Source: an uncultured delta proteobacterium
GTDB lineage: Bacteria > Myxococcota_A > UBA9160 > SZUA-336
DNA: 64,000 nt
Reading direction: 5' to 3'
Assembly: GCA_963704165.1 (NCBI GenBank)
Contig: CAVPHD010000009.1
Location: 224,001 to 288,000, forward strand
The position numbers and the translations under genes are program-made. This document shows positions 1 to 12,655 of the stretch, one piece after another (positions within the stretch are counted from its first letter, which is position 1; every line of letters begins with the position of its first letter). The notes under the pieces were generated by a model. It saw nothing but the letters and a program-made list of their open reading frames with translations. It searched no databases and had not been told where the DNA came from.

Positions 1-328
1 TCTTGAGCGAGAGGTCGCGGTCCTCTTCCTGTGACGACGGCAGATTGATGCGGAACGTCCGCTCCCCGGGGGAGCCCACACGCACGATCGAACCGTCGCT
101 GCGTCCGAGCTCGCGGAGCGCCCCCCGCACACGGCCTTCGTCGACGGCGCCGGAGGCCTCGGGGATCTGCACTTCCACGACCGTCCCGCCGGCGAAGTCG
201 ATGCCGAACTCGAAGCCCATCGTGACCATCAGAACCCACGAGGCGACGACGACCACGGCCGAGATCCCGAGGCAGAGCCGCATCTTCGAGACGAAATCGA
301 TCCGGGTGCCGGACTTGAAGAACTCCAT
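1..328 (-). CDS. secF: Protein translocase subunit SecF, N-terminal part (runs off the window)
   Basis: Manual translation from ATG 328 (TGATG overlap with the secD stop): MEFFKSGTRIDFVSKMR...GFEFGIDFAGGTVVEVQ, the SecF GIDFxGG motif; directly after secD. Confidence 0.93.
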   Translation of the reverse strand, partial: MEFFKSGTRIDFVSKMRLCLGISAVVVVASWVLMVTMGFEFGIDFAGGTVVEVQIPEASGAVDEGRVRGALRELGRSDGSIVRVGSPGERTFRINLPSSQEEDRDLSLK

Positions 329-1890
329 CAGATCCTCAGCGTCTTGGCGTTGGCGTCGCCGTAGAAGTATTCGAGCAGCGCGCGCGTGACGACGAGCGCG
401 GTGAACATGCTGGCGGTCAGGCCGATCGAGAGCACGACCCCGAAGCCCTGAACCGGTCCGCGGCCGAAGACGAGCAGGATCACGGCCGAGAGCAGCGTCG
501 TCACGTTCGAATCGAAGATCGTCGAGAACGAGCGGCTGAAGCCGGACTGGATTGCGGCCCGCGCGCTCTTCCCGGTGCGAAGCTCCTCGCGGATGCGCTC
601 GAAGATGATCACATTCGCGTCGACGGCCATGCCGACCGTGAGCACCACGCCGGCGATTCCGGGCAGCGTGAGCGTCGCGCGCGCGAGGCTCATCAACCCG
701 AGAATGATCAGCACGTTCACCACCAGCGCGGCATTCGCGAACATCCCCGACGCGCTGTAGTAGATCGCCATGAAGACGAAGACCAGGGCAAATCCGAGCA
801 GCGTCGCCTGCAGGCCCTGCCGGATCGAATCGGCGCCGAGCGCCGGACCGACCGTGCGCTCTTCCTCGATCACGAGCGGGATCGGAAGCGCGCCGGAGCG
901 AAGCTGCACCGCCGTGTTCGCCGCCTCTTCACGCGTGAAATCGCCGGTGATCTGACCGCTTCGCCCGATCTTTCCCTGGATCACCGGAGCGGTGATCACC
1001 TTGCCGTCGATGATCGCGGCGAGCCGATCGCCGATGTGAGCGGCAGTGAAGTCGCGGAAGATCCCCGTGCCCTCGGTGTTCCACTGGAACGTGATGATCG
1101 GCCGGTTGCGTCGGTCGAAATCGAGGCGGGCGTCCTCGAGCATGTCGCCGGTCAAGATCGCCTTCTTCGGCACGAGCAGGGCCTCGGTCTCCTGGCCGTC
1201 GCGCCCCTCGGAGAAGACGATCTCCTGGTCCTCGGGCACGGCTCCGTCGGCGAGCTTGTTCTCGAGCAACTCCCGGTTCGGCGCGGAGTCGATCACGTTC
1301 TTGAACTGCAGGAAGGTGGTCGATTCGAGCACCTTGCGCGCGCCCGCGGGATCGACCGCGCCCGGCATCTGCACCAGGATCCTGCCCGATCCCTGCGGCG
1401 CGATGACCGGCTCGCGCACGCCGAGACCATCGACGCGCTTGCGCAGAACTTCGAGCGCTTGCAGCACGCCGCGGTCGATGACCTCTTTGCGCCAGCGCGC
1501 ATCGAGCCGGACCACGAGTGCATCGGCCTGCTCCTCGAGATCGACGATCTCGATGTTCTCCTCGACCAGCTTTCGCAGCCCCTCCAGGTCCCCGCGAAGC
1601 GCGAGCGCATCCTCGCCGATCTCCGCGCTGGCGAGAGCGATCTTCCCGTCCTCGGCGAGCGTCTCGATGTTGCCCTTGAGCTTGGTCAGCTCCTGCTCGA
1701 CCGCCGCCTCGCTGTCGATCCGGAGCAGCCAGTGGATACCGCCCTGCAGGTCGAGCCCGAGCGCGACGCCTTCGTTGCGCAGCCACCAACGGCCTTCCCG
1801 CGCCTGTTCCGGGAAGAAGCTCGGCAATGCCAACCACGCCATCAGAGCGGTCGTCAGTCCGATCAGAATCCAGCGTGCGCGCAGGCTCAA
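328..1890 (-). CDS. secD: Protein translocase subunit SecD
   Basis: LGLDLQGG, RVDGLGVREP, LRSGALP, VGPALGADSI, LTLPGIAG, GMAVDANVIIFERIREE motifs. Confidence 0.97.
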   Translation of the reverse strand: MSLRARWILIGLTTALMAWLALPSFFPEQAREGRWWLRNEGVALGLDLQGGIHWLLRIDSEAAVEQELTKLKGNIETLAEDGKIALASAEIGEDALALRGDLEGLRKLVEENIEIVDLEEQADALVVRLDARWRKEVIDRGVLQALEVLRKRVDGLGVREPVIAPQGSGRILVQMPGAVDPAGARKVLESTTFLQFKNVIDSAPNRELLENKLADGAVPEDQEIVFSEGRDGQETEALLVPKKAILTGDMLEDARLDFDRRNRPIITFQWNTEGTGIFRDFTAAHIGDRLAAIIDGKVITAPVIQGKIGRSGQITGDFTREEAANTAVQLRSGALPIPLVIEEERTVGPALGADSIRQGLQATLLGFALVFVFMAIYYSASGMFANAALVVNVLIILGLMSLARATLTLPGIAGVVLTVGMAVDANVIIFERIREELRTGKSARAAIQSGFSRSFSTIFDSNVTTLLSAVILLVFGRGPVQGFGVVLSIGLTASMFTALVVTRALLEYFYGDANAKTLRI

Positions 1891-2234
1891 GTCTTGTCTC
1901 CCTCGGGCTTCCCGGGACTGCGCGTCGCGATCGCTCCGCGCGAAACCTTCACGCGGACGTTCGGAGCGATCTCGACCGTCAGCACGTCATCGGAGAGGCC
2001 CGTCACCCTTCCATGCAGGCCGCCCGTGGTGATGACGCTGTCCCCCCGCTCCACCTGGGCGAGCATCGCCTTGTGCTCTTTGTCCTTCCGCTGCTGCGGG
2101 CGGATCAGCAACGCCCACATGAGCAGGAGCATCGCGACCAGGAAGAAGATCGGACTGCCGAAGATACCTCCGCCGCCGTCCGCCTGGGCGCGCAACGGCG
2201 CTCCGGAAACCTCGATCCCTGCCTGTGTGTTCAA
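1887..2234 (-). CDS. yajC: Preprotein translocase subunit YajC
   Basis: TM segment plus LIRPQQRK...GDSVITTGGLHGRV; 4-nt overlap with secD. Confidence 0.95.
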   Translation of the reverse strand: MNTQAGIEVSGAPLRAQADGGGGIFGSPIFFLVAMLLLMWALLIRPQQRKDKEHKAMLAQVERGDSVITTGGLHGRVTGLSDDVLTVEIAPNVRVKVSRGAIATRSPGKPEGDKT

Positions 2235-3397
2235 CGGGTCGCGCTCCAGTCACCGGCCACAGCACCGGGCGCGCCGATGCGCCGGAGGTTCGTGCCCGGG
2301 TAGTAATGTGCCAGAATTCTGCGGAAGCTTTGCCCTTGGCGTGCGAGTTCGCTCGCACCCCACTGGCAGAGCCCCACTCCGTGTCCGGATCCGCTGCCGA
2401 GGAAACGCACCCGTCCGGCCTCGACGCGGACGTCGAATTTCGCACTCCGGAGTGCCCGGCCACCGAGCACCTCGCGAAGATCACGTCCCGCGAGCGTGAG
2501 CGCGCCGATCCGCAACGAGATCACCCGGCCCGAACGGCTGACTTCTGCGATCTCCACGTCGCGGACGTCGCCAGGTGCGTAGCCCGCTTCGCGCAACGCC
2601 GCGGAGAGATCGCCCAGAGAGATCTCATAGCTCCAGAAGTAGTCGGGTGCGGCGTCGTCGGGAGAGCTGACGCTGCGCAGGTACGCGACCTCGCGGCCCC
2701 AGACCTCTTCCGCCGAGGCGGTGGCGCCACCCGACGACGAATGAAAGGCCGCCAGGATCGGGCCGCCCGCGAAAACCAGCACCTGGCCCACCGTCGCGCG
2801 GGTCGCTGCACGCGCGCTCGTGGACACCGAGCCGACCGCGTAGCGCTGCGAGATCACGGAGCCCTCGAGATCGAAGCTCTCGCCCTTTCGCCGCGCGCGT
2901 TCGTGAAGCGCGTAGGTGCGGGCGACGACGGCTTGAGCCTTGAGAGCCTCGACCGGCCAACGCGCGGGCGTCTCGCTCGCGACGCTGCTCGCGACGTACG
3001 TTTCGAGCGGAACGACGTTCACGACGTCGAGGCCGCCGCCCGACGGCACGAGGCGCAGCCGACCCGGCAGGAGCTGACCGTCGAGTCGCAACGAGCTGCG
3101 CGCGCTCAGCGTCACGGCACCACGATGGCTTCGCGGGCCGATCTCGATCTGCCCGCCACGCGCGCTCGCCCGCAGGCTCTCACCCGCGAACGGCCGACCA
3201 TCGATCGCGAGCCCTTGGCCGCTGACGGAAACGGCGGGACGGGCGATCGAGACGCGAACGCGAACGAACTCCTCCGCCGCTGCGGGTAGCGCGCCGAGAC
3301 CAAGCGCGAGCGTAGCTGCGAGGACTCGCCGTGCGCTCAAGGCCCTCCCCCACCGCGTGCCGGCGGCAGGTATCGCAAAAGCCGCCCGTTCCGTCAA
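2231..3397 (-). CDS. SpoIID/LytB-domain peptidoglycan lytic transglycosylase / amidase enhancer
   Basis: Signal peptide; VNVVPLETYVASSVASE, EALKAQAVVARTYA, GSGHGVGLCQWGA, ILAHYYPGT. Confidence 0.92.
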   Translation of the reverse strand: MTERAAFAIPAAGTRWGRALSARRVLAATLALGLGALPAAAEEFVRVRVSIARPAVSVSGQGLAIDGRPFAGESLRASARGGQIEIGPRSHRGAVTLSARSSLRLDGQLLPGRLRLVPSGGGLDVVNVVPLETYVASSVASETPARWPVEALKAQAVVARTYALHERARRKGESFDLEGSVISQRYAVGSVSTSARAATRATVGQVLVFAGGPILAAFHSSSGGATASAEEVWGREVAYLRSVSSPDDAAPDYFWSYEISLGDLSAALREAGYAPGDVRDVEIAEVSRSGRVISLRIGALTLAGRDLREVLGGRALRSAKFDVRVEAGRVRFLGSGSGHGVGLCQWGASELARQGQSFRRILAHYYPGTNLRRIGAPGAVAGDWSATR

Positions 3398-3425
3398 TGA
3401 ATTCGCGGAGATCGCCCGCGACCCG

Positions 3426-4871
<1,446 letters not shown>

Positions 4872-4884
4872 CGCGCGTCTCCCT

Positions 4885-6054
4885 CTACAGCCCGAGATCG
4901 CGCCGCAAATCGTCGGCTCGGCTGGTCTTTTCCCAGGTGAATGCGTCGCCCGTCCGGCCGAAGTGGCCGTGGAACGACGTCTGACGGTAGATCGGCCGCA
5001 GGAGATCGAGCGACTCGATGATTCCGCGCGGTGTCAGGTCGAAGCGCTTGCGGATCGCGGCCTCGATCTTCTCGTCATCGACACGGCCCGTGCCGAAGGT
5101 ATCGACGCGGATCGAGACCGGCTCGGCCACGCCGATCGCGTAGCTGACCTGAACCTCGATGCGCTCGGCCGCTCCCGCGGCGACGAGGTTCTTGGCCACC
5201 CACCGGCACGCGTAGGCCGCCGATCGATCGACTTTGCTCGGATCCTTGCCGGAGAACGCGCCGCCACCGTGGCGTCCCATGCCACCGTACGTGTCGACGA
5301 TGATCTTTCGGCCGGTGACGCCGGCGTCCGCTGCCGGACCCCCGAGCACGAAGCGGCCCGTCGGGTTCACGAAGATGCGGGTGTTCGCGTCGAGCAGGTT
5401 CTTCGGAATCACGGGCCGGATGATGGCGTCGAGAACCTTCGACTTCAGCGCCTCCCAGGTGATGTCCTCGTCGTGCTGCGTGGACAGCACGACCGCGTCG
5501 ATGCGCTTGGGGCCGTCGGGGCCGTACTCGACGGTGACCTGCGACTTCGCGTCGGGGCGCAGGAACTCGAGCTCGCCCGACATGCGGCACTCGGCCTGCC
5601 GCGCGACCAGCTGGTGCGCCAGCATGATCGGGAGCGGCATCAATTCCTCGGTCTCGGTGCAGGCGAAGCCGAACATCATTCCCTGGTCGCCTGCGCCCTG
5701 CTCCTTGAACAGACCCTCGCCCTCCGTCACGCCCTGCGAGATGTCCCGCGACTGACCTTCGAGCGCGACGAGGACGCCACACGACTTCCCGTCGAGGCCG
5801 TAGTCCGAATTGTCGTATCCGATGTCACAGACGGTCTGGCGAATGATCTCGGGGACGTTGACGTTCACGCCCGGCTTCGCGGTGATCTCGCCCGCGACGC
5901 AGACGAAGCCCGTCTTGGTCAGGGTCTCGCACGCGACGCGCGCCTTCGAATCCTGGGTCAGATACGCGTCGAGAATCGCATCCGAGACCTGATCGGCGAC
6001 CTTGTCCGGATGACCCATCGAGACCGATTCCGACGTGAACAACCTGCGCGCCAT
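4885..6054 (-). CDS. metK: S-adenosylmethionine synthetase
   Basis: Start [18 protein letters not shown] at ATG 6054 with GGAAGGAAG upstream; [22 protein letters not shown]. Confidence 0.98.
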   Translation of the reverse strand: MARRLFTSESVSMGHPDKVADQVSDAILDAYLTQDSKARVACETLTKTGFVCVAGEITAKPGVNVNVPEIIRQTVCDIGYDNSDYGLDGKSCGVLVALEGQSRDISQGVTEGEGLFKEQGAGDQGMMFGFACTETEELMPLPIMLAHQLVARQAECRMSGELEFLRPDAKSQVTVEYGPDGPKRIDAVVLSTQHDEDITWEALKSKVLDAIIRPVIPKNLLDANTRIFVNPTGRFVLGGPAADAGVTGRKIIVDTYGGMGRHGGGAFSGKDPSKVDRSAAYACRWVAKNLVAAGAAERIEVQVSYAIGVAEPVSIRVDTFGTGRVDDEKIEAAIRKRFDLTPRGIIESLDLLRPIYRQTSFHGHFGRTGDAFTWEKTSRADDLRRDLGL

Positions 6055-6091
6055 CGCTTCTTCCTTCCGGCCCCAAGTCCAACGCGGGCGA

Positions 6092-6120
6092 ATCCTAGCC
6101 TTGCAGGGCGCTCCGCTCAA
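6092..6120 (-). promoter_or_regulatory. Sigma70-type promoter for metK-ahcY
   Basis: TTGAGC-17 nt-TAGGAT on the minus strand, ending 37 nt before the metK ATG. Confidence 0.6.
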
Positions 6121-7866
6121 ACGCGACCGGGAATCGCTCGGCGCATCCGGTCCTCGACGAGCCGTCGGATCTCCTGGGCGCTGCCCAGGCGCAGCACCTC
6201 GGCGAGGAGCTCCCTCGCCTCGGCCGCGGTCGAATCGCGCAGGATCCGCTTCAGGAGCGGGATCGCGAACGGCGCCATCGAGAGCTCGCCGATGCCGAGC
6301 GCGAGCAGCACCCAGCAGTGCATCGGCTCTCCGGCCATCTCGCCGCACATGCCGACGACGATTCCCGCCCTGCGGGCGGCCTGCCCGATGCGTTGGATCA
6401 TCCGCAGGTGGGCCGGGTGGAGCGGCTCGTACAGGTAGGCGACGTGCTCGTTGCTGCGATCGACGGCCAGCGTGTACTGGACCAGGTCGTTGGTGCCGAT
6501 CGACAGGAAGTCCGCGAGCGGAGCGATCAAGTCGGCGATCATCGCCGCCGCGGGCGTCTCGATCATCACGCCGAGCGGAACGTCGCGATCGAAGGGCACG
6601 CCCTCGGATTCGAGCTCGGACTTCACCCTCTCGAGCGTCGCGCGCGCGAACTCGACCTCGGCCTGGCTCGAGACCATCGGCAGCAGGATCTTCAGCCGCC
6701 CCGACGTGCTCGCGCGCATCAGCGCACGCAGCTGCGTCCGGAAGACGTCGGGCCTCGTGTGCGACATGCGCACACCGCGCAGTCCCAGCGCGGGATTCGG
6801 TTCATCGGAGAGGTCGAGCCCCGTCGGCACCTTCTCGCCCCCGAGATCGAGCGTCCGGATCGTGGCGCTGTACGGCGCGACCGCCTCGATGATCTCGCCG
6901 TAGGCGGCGGACTGCTCGTCCTCGCTCGGAAGATCGTTGCGGTTCAGGAACAGGAACTCGGTGCGGTACAGGCCGATGCCCTCCGCGCCGTAGCGCAAGG
7001 CCTCTCGTGCCTCGTCGATCTGGTCGACGTTTGCGAGCAGCCCCATCGCGACGCCGTCCTTCGTCTCGGCCGGGAGATCGACGTAGCGCATGCAGCTCGC
7101 GCGATACGACGAGGAGGTCGGCGATCTGCTTGCGGTACTCCGCGATCGTGGTCGCGTCCGGATCGACGATCACACGCCCGGTGCGGCCGTCGAGAATCAG
7201 CGTGACCCCATCGGGCAGCTCCCGCACCAACTCCTCGCCCACGCCGACCACGGCCGGGATTCCGAGGCTGCGCGCCATGATCGTGACGTGCGACGTCCGA
7301 GACCCCGTCTCGGTCACGAAGCCGGCCACGCCCTCGCGTGTCACCTGCGCGACCTCGCCGGGCGACAACTCCTCGGCGACGACGATCACCCCCGGGGGCG
7401 CGTTGCGCAGACCCTGAGGCTCGCGACCCATCAGCGCTTCGAGCACGCGGCGAACGACGAAGCCGATGTCGCTGGCGCGCTCTCGGATGTACGGGTCGTG
7501 CATCGACTCGAAGACCTGCTCAAGCCTCCGCCACTCGCGCTCGACCGCCCATTCGGCGTTCAGGCCGAGGTCCCGGATGTTCGCCTCGGCCGGGACGATC
7601 AGCGTCGGATCTTCCAGAAAGAGGAACTGCGCGTCGAAGATCGTGCCAACGAGCCCCGTGCTCTCGATGCCGCGGCGGATCTCCTCGAGCTTGCGGCGGG
7701 TCTGGCCAAACGCGCTTCGCAGTCGATCGACCTCGCCGTCGACGTGCTCCGCGGCGATCTGATGTTCGGGAATCACGATCCGCTCGCGGCGCAAGACGTA
7801 CGCCGGACCGATCGCGATTCCCGGTGAAACGGGGATTCCGCTGCGCGAAGTGCGGCCGAGCGTCAT
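6117..7866 (-). CDS. ptsI: PEP-protein phosphotransferase (PTS enzyme I), split by a frameshift near 7090
   Basis: N-half [11 protein letters not shown]...[24 protein letters not shown] (phospho-His) and C-half [46 protein letters not shown] are in different frames; a second indel near 6141 may extend the C-terminus to TAG 6095. Confidence 0.93.
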
Positions 7867-8138
7867 TCGCCCTCCCCGAAGCGATCCTCCACGAGTCGAC
7901 CGAGCGCGCCGATCGCGTCCTCGGCGTCCGGACCCTCCGCGACGATCTTCAAGGTCGTACCGAGCGAAGCCGCGAGCGTCACGAGCGCGATGATCGACTT
8001 CCCGTTCGCACGGGTTCCGTCGCGCTCGAGCGACACGTCGCTCTTGAATCGCTCGGCCACCTTCACGAAGGCCGCTGCGGCACGCAGGTGGAGCCCCAGC
8101 TTGTTCTGGATCTGACAGACCCTCTCGACGCGGCTCAC
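7863..8138 (-). CDS. ptsH: HPr phosphocarrier protein
   Basis: NKLGLHLRAA (His15) and NGKSII (Ser46). Confidence 0.95.
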   Translation of the reverse strand: MSRVERVCQIQNKLGLHLRAAAAFVKVAERFKSDVSLERDGTRANGKSIIALVTLAASLGTTLKIVAEGPDAEDAIGALGRLVEDRFGEGE

Positions 8139-8560
8139 GAAGTTCCCTTCTCGGGCTCGCGGCTCGAGAGCAGGTCACTCGCGACGGAGATGTTCCTCCG
8201 CCCGTAGTCTCGCGCGAGTTCCGCGAGCTCGTGGATGCCGGTCTCGGATTTCTGCCGCGCGACCTTCACGAGCATCGGCAGGTTCACGCCCGTCACGACC
8301 TCGACGCGCCCTTCGTCGAGGAACGCGAGCGAGAGATTCGATGGCGTGCCCCCGAACATGTCGACGAGCACGAGAACGCCCTTGCCCTGATCGACCTCGC
8401 GGATCGCCTTGTCGATCTGCGTGCGCATCTCCTCGGGCGCCGTGCTCGCGGGGTCGAGGCCGATCGCACGGACGTGCGGCGTCTCGCCCACGATGTGCCT
8501 CAGCGCGGTCACGAACTCGTCTGCCAATCGGTAATGGGAGAGAACCAGCACGCCGATCAT
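8135..8560 (-). CDS. PTS mannose/fructose-type EIIA component (stand-alone)
   Basis: [30 protein letters not shown]. Confidence 0.93.
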   Translation of the reverse strand: MIGVLVLSHYRLADEFVTALRHIVGETPHVRAIGLDPASTAPEEMRTQIDKAIREVDQGKGVLVLVDMFGGTPSNLSLAFLDEGRVEVVTGVNLPMLVKVARQKSETGIHELAELARDYGRRNISVASDLLSSREPEKGTS

Positions 8561-9432
8561 GCCTCGCTCCTTCGGACGCGAGCCACGTCCCGGTGGGTCA
8601 CGCGAACTTCAATTTTGCGTTCCTGGAGGTGCCGGTCCAGGGCACAGGCCACCGCCACCGAGCGATGCTGCCCGCCGGTGCAGCCGAGCGCCACCGTCAG
8701 GCGCGCCTTCCCTTCCTCCTCGTAGCGCGGAATCAGGAAGTCGATGAACTCGCAGAGCCGCACCATGAACTCGCGCGACGCGGGCGAGTCGAGCACGAAT
8801 GCGGCCACGTCGGGCTCGAGCCCGGTGCGGGCGCGAAGCTCCGGCTCGAAGTTGGGGTTGGGCAGGAAGCGCACGTCGATCATCAGATCCGCCGCCTCGG
8901 GCGGACCGTGCCGGAATCCGAACGAGACGAGCTCGATCTCCATCGCCGCGGTCCGCTCGCCGCCGGTGAAATGGCGCGAAATCTGGCGCTTGAGATCGTG
9001 CACGCTCATTCGTCCGGTATCGACGACGAGATCCGCGAGCCGCGCGATCGGCACGAGGAGCTCGCGTTCTCGCGAGATGTCCCCGAAGATCGAGCCGCTG
9101 CCGCGCGTGGGATGTACGCGACGGGTCTCGGAGAAGCGCTGCGCGAGTACCTCGTCGCTCGCCTCCAGATAGAGCAGGAGCGTCTCGAGTCCGCTCGACT
9201 TCAGCCGCTCGTGCACGGCGGGAAACGCCGAGAGGAAGCTGCGCTCGCGAACGTCGACCGCGACCGCGAGCCGGTCGCGACCCTCGCGAAACAGCTCGAC
9301 GAAAGGCTCGAGAAGCACCACCGGAAGATTGTCCACGCAGTAGAAGCCGAGATCCTCGAGCGCCTTCATCGCGGTCGTCCGGCCCGCGCCGGACAACCCC
9401 GAGACGATGACGAGCGAGGGTCCGAGACTCAT
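8557..9432 (-). CDS. rapZ: RNase adapter RapZ (YhbJ family P-loop protein)
   Basis: ATG 9432; SGLSGAGRT, LEDLGFYCVDNLP, RFSETRRVHP, SFGFRHG, DVRFLPNP, GCTGGQHRSV. Confidence 0.95.
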   Translation of the reverse strand: MSLGPSLVIVSGLSGAGRTTAMKALEDLGFYCVDNLPVVLLEPFVELFREGRDRLAVAVDVRERSFLSAFPAVHERLKSSGLETLLLYLEASDEVLAQRFSETRRVHPTRGSGSIFGDISRERELLVPIARLADLVVDTGRMSVHDLKRQISRHFTGGERTAAMEIELVSFGFRHGPPEAADLMIDVRFLPNPNFEPELRARTGLEPDVAAFVLDSPASREFMVRLCEFIDFLIPRYEEEGKARLTVALGCTGGQHRSVAVACALDRHLQERKIEVRVTHRDVARVRRSEA

Positions 9433-9974
9433 GATTCCTCCCTCCGGAGAATCGCGAAGACGCGCGCATCGAGCTCCTCCGCTCCGCTCTTTCCGCGGCT
9501 GCGAAGGAGGTGGTTGCGCGCGCCCACCTCGACGAGCGACGCGATGTTCCGACCCGGCGCGACCGGCAGATTCAGAACTTCGACGGGAAAACCCGCGAGG
9601 TCCTCGGTGCGGCGTTCGAGCCCGATCCGCTCGACCTCGCCGGAGCCCCAGGATTCGAGCCGTACGACCAGTTCGATTCGCGCGCGCTCGGCCACCGACT
9701 CGGGACCGAACAAGCTCGGAACGTGCACGATGCCGATGCCTCGCAGCTCGAGGTAGTGACGCACGAGCTCCGGACTGAAGCCCACCGGTCCGCCGTCGTC
9801 GTCGGGGCCGATCAAGACGACGTCGTCCGCCACCAATCGGTGTCCTCTCATCACGAGCTCGAGCGCGCACTCGCTCTTGCCGATTCCGCTGCCACCGAGC
9901 AGGAGCACGCCGACCCCACCGACCTCGACCAGGCTTCCGTGTACACGAGCCGGCGCGGGCGGAGCCATCGTCAT
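9429..9974 (-). CDS. hprK: HPr kinase/phosphorylase, short form (kinase domain only)
   Basis: VHGSLVEVGGVGVLLLGGSGIGKSECALEL, GHRLVADD, LELRGIGI, PVAPGRN; ATG 9974 lies just after the ptsN stop. Confidence 0.88.
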   Translation of the reverse strand: MTMAPPAPARVHGSLVEVGGVGVLLLGGSGIGKSECALELVMRGHRLVADDVVLIGPDDDGGPVGFSPELVRHYLELRGIGIVHVPSLFGPESVAERARIELVVRLESWGSGEVERIGLERRTEDLAGFPVEVLNLPVAPGRNIASLVEVGARNHLLRSRGKSGAEELDARVFAILRREES

Positions 9975-9975
9975 G

Positions 9976-10437
9976 CTAGTGCTTCGACTCTTCCTCCTCG
10001 ATCGCGCGGAAGAGCTCGTCGGTCGATGCAACCTCGCGCAGTCGCGCACGGAAGCCGTCGATGCCGAGCAGGCGCGAGAGGCGGGCGAGCAAGAGCAGAT
10101 GGGAGCTGCCCTCGCGACCGGGCGCGACGAGCAGGAAGAAAAGATGCGTCGGCCGGCCGTCGAGCGAATCGAAATCGACCCCGCCGCGCGAGAGCCCGAA
10201 GACCGCGAGCACACGATCGAGCGACTCGATCCTCGCGTGCGGAATCGCGATGCCATCCCCCATCGCGGTCGTGCCGAGCTTCTCGCGCTCGACGAGCAAC
10301 GCGTACAGCTCGTTTCGGTCCAGCCCGTCGACCTCGCCGACGAGCGACTCGGCGAGCTCCCGCAGGACTTCGGGCTTGGTCCGGCCGCGGACGTCCACGA
10401 GGCAGGCGTCGCGGACGAGAATGTCGGTGAGCTTCAT
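9976..10437 (-). CDS. ptsN: PTS EIIA-Ntr
   Basis: EREKLGTTAMGDGIAIPHAR, VDFDSLDGRP, HLLLLARLSRLL; downstream of rpoN. Confidence 0.92.
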   Translation of the reverse strand: MKLTDILVRDACLVDVRGRTKPEVLRELAESLVGEVDGLDRNELYALLVEREKLGTTAMGDGIAIPHARIESLDRVLAVFGLSRGGVDFDSLDGRPTHLFFLLVAPGREGSSHLLLLARLSRLLGIDGFRARLREVASTDELFRAIEEEESKH

Positions 10438-10465
10438 GACTGGATCCTGACTCGGGGCGGAGAAC

Positions 10466-11926
10466 TTAGCCGATTTGGCGCCGTCTCGTGGATGACAGGA
10501 TGCGCAGCGCTTCGCGGTACTTGGTGACCGTGCGCCGCGCGATCTGGATGCTCGAGTCGGAGAGCATCTCTGCGATCTTCTGATCCGAGAGCGGATTCCT
10601 CGTGTCTTCGTTCTTGATGATCTGCATGATCTTCTCCTTCACCGACTCCGAGGCGATGCCCTCGCCGTCGCCGGTGCGGATGCTCGAGTTGAAGAAGAAC
10701 TTCAGCTCGAACAGCCCGTGCGGCGTCTGCACGTACTTCGCGGTGGTGACGCGCGAGACGGTCGATTCGTGCATCCCGATGTCGTCCGCGACGTCGCGCA
10801 GATTCAGCGGACGCAGGTGCTCCGGCCCCTTGTCGAAGAACTGCCGCTGGAAGCGGATGATCGACTCCATCACCTTCACGATCGTGCGCTGGCGCTGATG
10901 GATCGATTTGATCAGCCAGATCGCCGAGCGCAGCTTCTCGCGCACGTATTCGCGCGTCTCCTTGCCATCGCCGTCCTTGCGCGAGAGCACGTCGCGGTAC
11001 GCCGCCGAGACGCGCAGCTTGGGCATGCCGTCTTCGTTCAGGACGACGTGATACTCGTCGCCGAGCTTGTGTACGTAGATGTCGGGCGTGATGTACACGG
11101 GCTCGTCCCCGGCGTACTGACGTCCCGGGCGGGGCTCGAAGCTGGCGATCAGCTTGGCCGCCTCGGCGACCTGCTCGATCGGCACCTCCTCGAGCCTCGC
11201 GATGCCGCGGAAATCGTGCTTCTGCAGGCCGTCGATGTGCTCGGAGACCATCCGCAGCGCGAGTCCGTCGGTGATTCCGGCGACGCGCATCTGGATCTGC
11301 AGGCACTCCTTCAGGCTCCGCGCCGCGACGCCGATCGGGTCGAGCTCCTGCACGCGCACGAGCACGGCTTCCACCGCGGCGACCTCGCAGTCGACCTCGG
11401 CCGCGATCGCGTCGAGGTCTTCCTGCAGATAGCCATCCTCGTTCAGATTCCAGACGATCTGCATGGCGATCTCGCGCTCGAGATCGCTCATCTCGACAAA
11501 ACCGAGCTGCCAGATCAGATGATCGGTGAGCGACGTCGCAGGCGTCAGGTTCGCGTCGAGCGCGGGTCTGTCGTCGTCGCCGCGCGACAAGCTCGTCTGC
11601 GGCCGGGACTCCATGTAGTTCTCCCAGTCCAGATCTCCGACGATGTCGTCGGTGCTGGGAGCGGCGGGCTCGGTCTCCGGGGGCGTGTCGGGCTTCGCGG
11701 TGTCGGAAAGCGCGAGCTGGGACTCGTTCTCGTCCTCTCCCACCTCGTGGACAGGAGTTTCCTCGTCGAGAGACTCCTCGAGTACGGGGTTCTCGACCAG
11801 CTCCTGCTGAATCGTGTTGACGAGCTCGAGCCGAGAGAGCTGCAGCAGCTTGATCGCCTGCTGCAGCTGGGGAGTCATCACCAGCGACTGGGAGAGGCGG
11901 ATCGACTGCTTGAGCTCCAGAGCCAT
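10466..11926 (-). CDS. rpoN: RNA polymerase sigma-54 factor
   Basis: ATG 11926 [37 protein letters not shown]; RpoN box [10 protein letters not shown]. Confidence 0.97.
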   Translation of the reverse strand: MALELKQSIRLSQSLVMTPQLQQAIKLLQLSRLELVNTIQQELVENPVLEESLDEETPVHEVGEDENESQLALSDTAKPDTPPETEPAAPSTDDIVGDLDWENYMESRPQTSLSRGDDDRPALDANLTPATSLTDHLIWQLGFVEMSDLEREIAMQIVWNLNEDGYLQEDLDAIAAEVDCEVAAVEAVLVRVQELDPIGVAARSLKECLQIQMRVAGITDGLALRMVSEHIDGLQKHDFRGIARLEEVPIEQVAEAAKLIASFEPRPGRQYAGDEPVYITPDIYVHKLGDEYHVVLNEDGMPKLRVSAAYRDVLSRKDGDGKETREYVREKLRSAIWLIKSIHQRQRTIVKVMESIIRFQRQFFDKGPEHLRPLNLRDVADDIGMHESTVSRVTTAKYVQTPHGLFELKFFFNSSIRTGDGEGIASESVKEKIMQIIKNEDTRNPLSDQKIAEMLSDSSIQIARRTVTKYREALRILSSTRRRQIG

Positions 11927-11928
11927 GT

Positions 11929-12655
11929 CTACAACCTGAAGTTCTGGCCGAGATAGATCTCGCGAACCGTCGGATCTTGCGGTGATGTCGCCAGGTGCGC
12001 CCTCGCGGATGATCCGCCCGTCCTTGATGATGTAGGCTCGATCGCAGATCGAGAGCGCCTCGCGGACGTTGTGGTCCGTGATCACGATTCCGATCCCGCG
12101 CTCGCGCAGCTGCGCGATGATCTTCTGGATGTCGATCACGGCGATCGGGTCGATCCCCGAGAACGGCTCGTCGAGCAGCATGAAGCGCGGATCGAGCACG
12201 AGCGCGCGCGTGATCTCGACGCGGCGCCGCTCGCCCCCGGAGAGCGTGCCGCCCTTCTGCTTGCGCTTGGCCACGAGGTCGAGCTCCGCGAGCAGGTCGT
12301 GCGCGCGCTTCTTGCGCTCGCGACGGGGGAGGTCGAGCGTTTCGAGGATCGCCAGGACGTTCTCCTCCACGGTCAGCTTGCGGAAGATCGAGGGCTCCTG
12401 CGGCAGGTAGGTGATTCCCTTCCGCGCCCGCATGTACATCGGCAGATCGGTGATTTCCTCCTCACCGAGAAAGACCCGTCCCGAGGTCGGGCGAACGCGC
12501 CCGACCATCATGTTGAACGTCGTGGTCTTGCCGGCTCCGTTCGGACCGAGCAGCCCGACCACCTCACCCGGACCGACGGCGATGCGGACGTCCCGCACCG
12601 CCTCGCGTGTGCCGAATTTCTTGCACAGGTCACGGGCGTGCAGCGTGCGACTCAT
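11929..12655 (-). CDS. lptB: LPS export ABC transporter ATPase LptB (frameshift near 11977)
   Basis: [52 protein letters not shown]; removing one A restores the canonical end [15 protein letters not shown] at TAG 11929. Confidence 0.93.

Noticed and set aside
4872..6120. SAM or SAH riboswitch upstream of metK or ahcY
   Set aside because: There is only about 30 nt of leader before metK and 13 nt before ahcY, with no aptamer motifs.
7080..7100. Programmed ribosomal frameshift in ptsI or the other split genes
   Set aside because: There is no slippery heptamer or evident stimulator, and the indels are too frequent and scattered.
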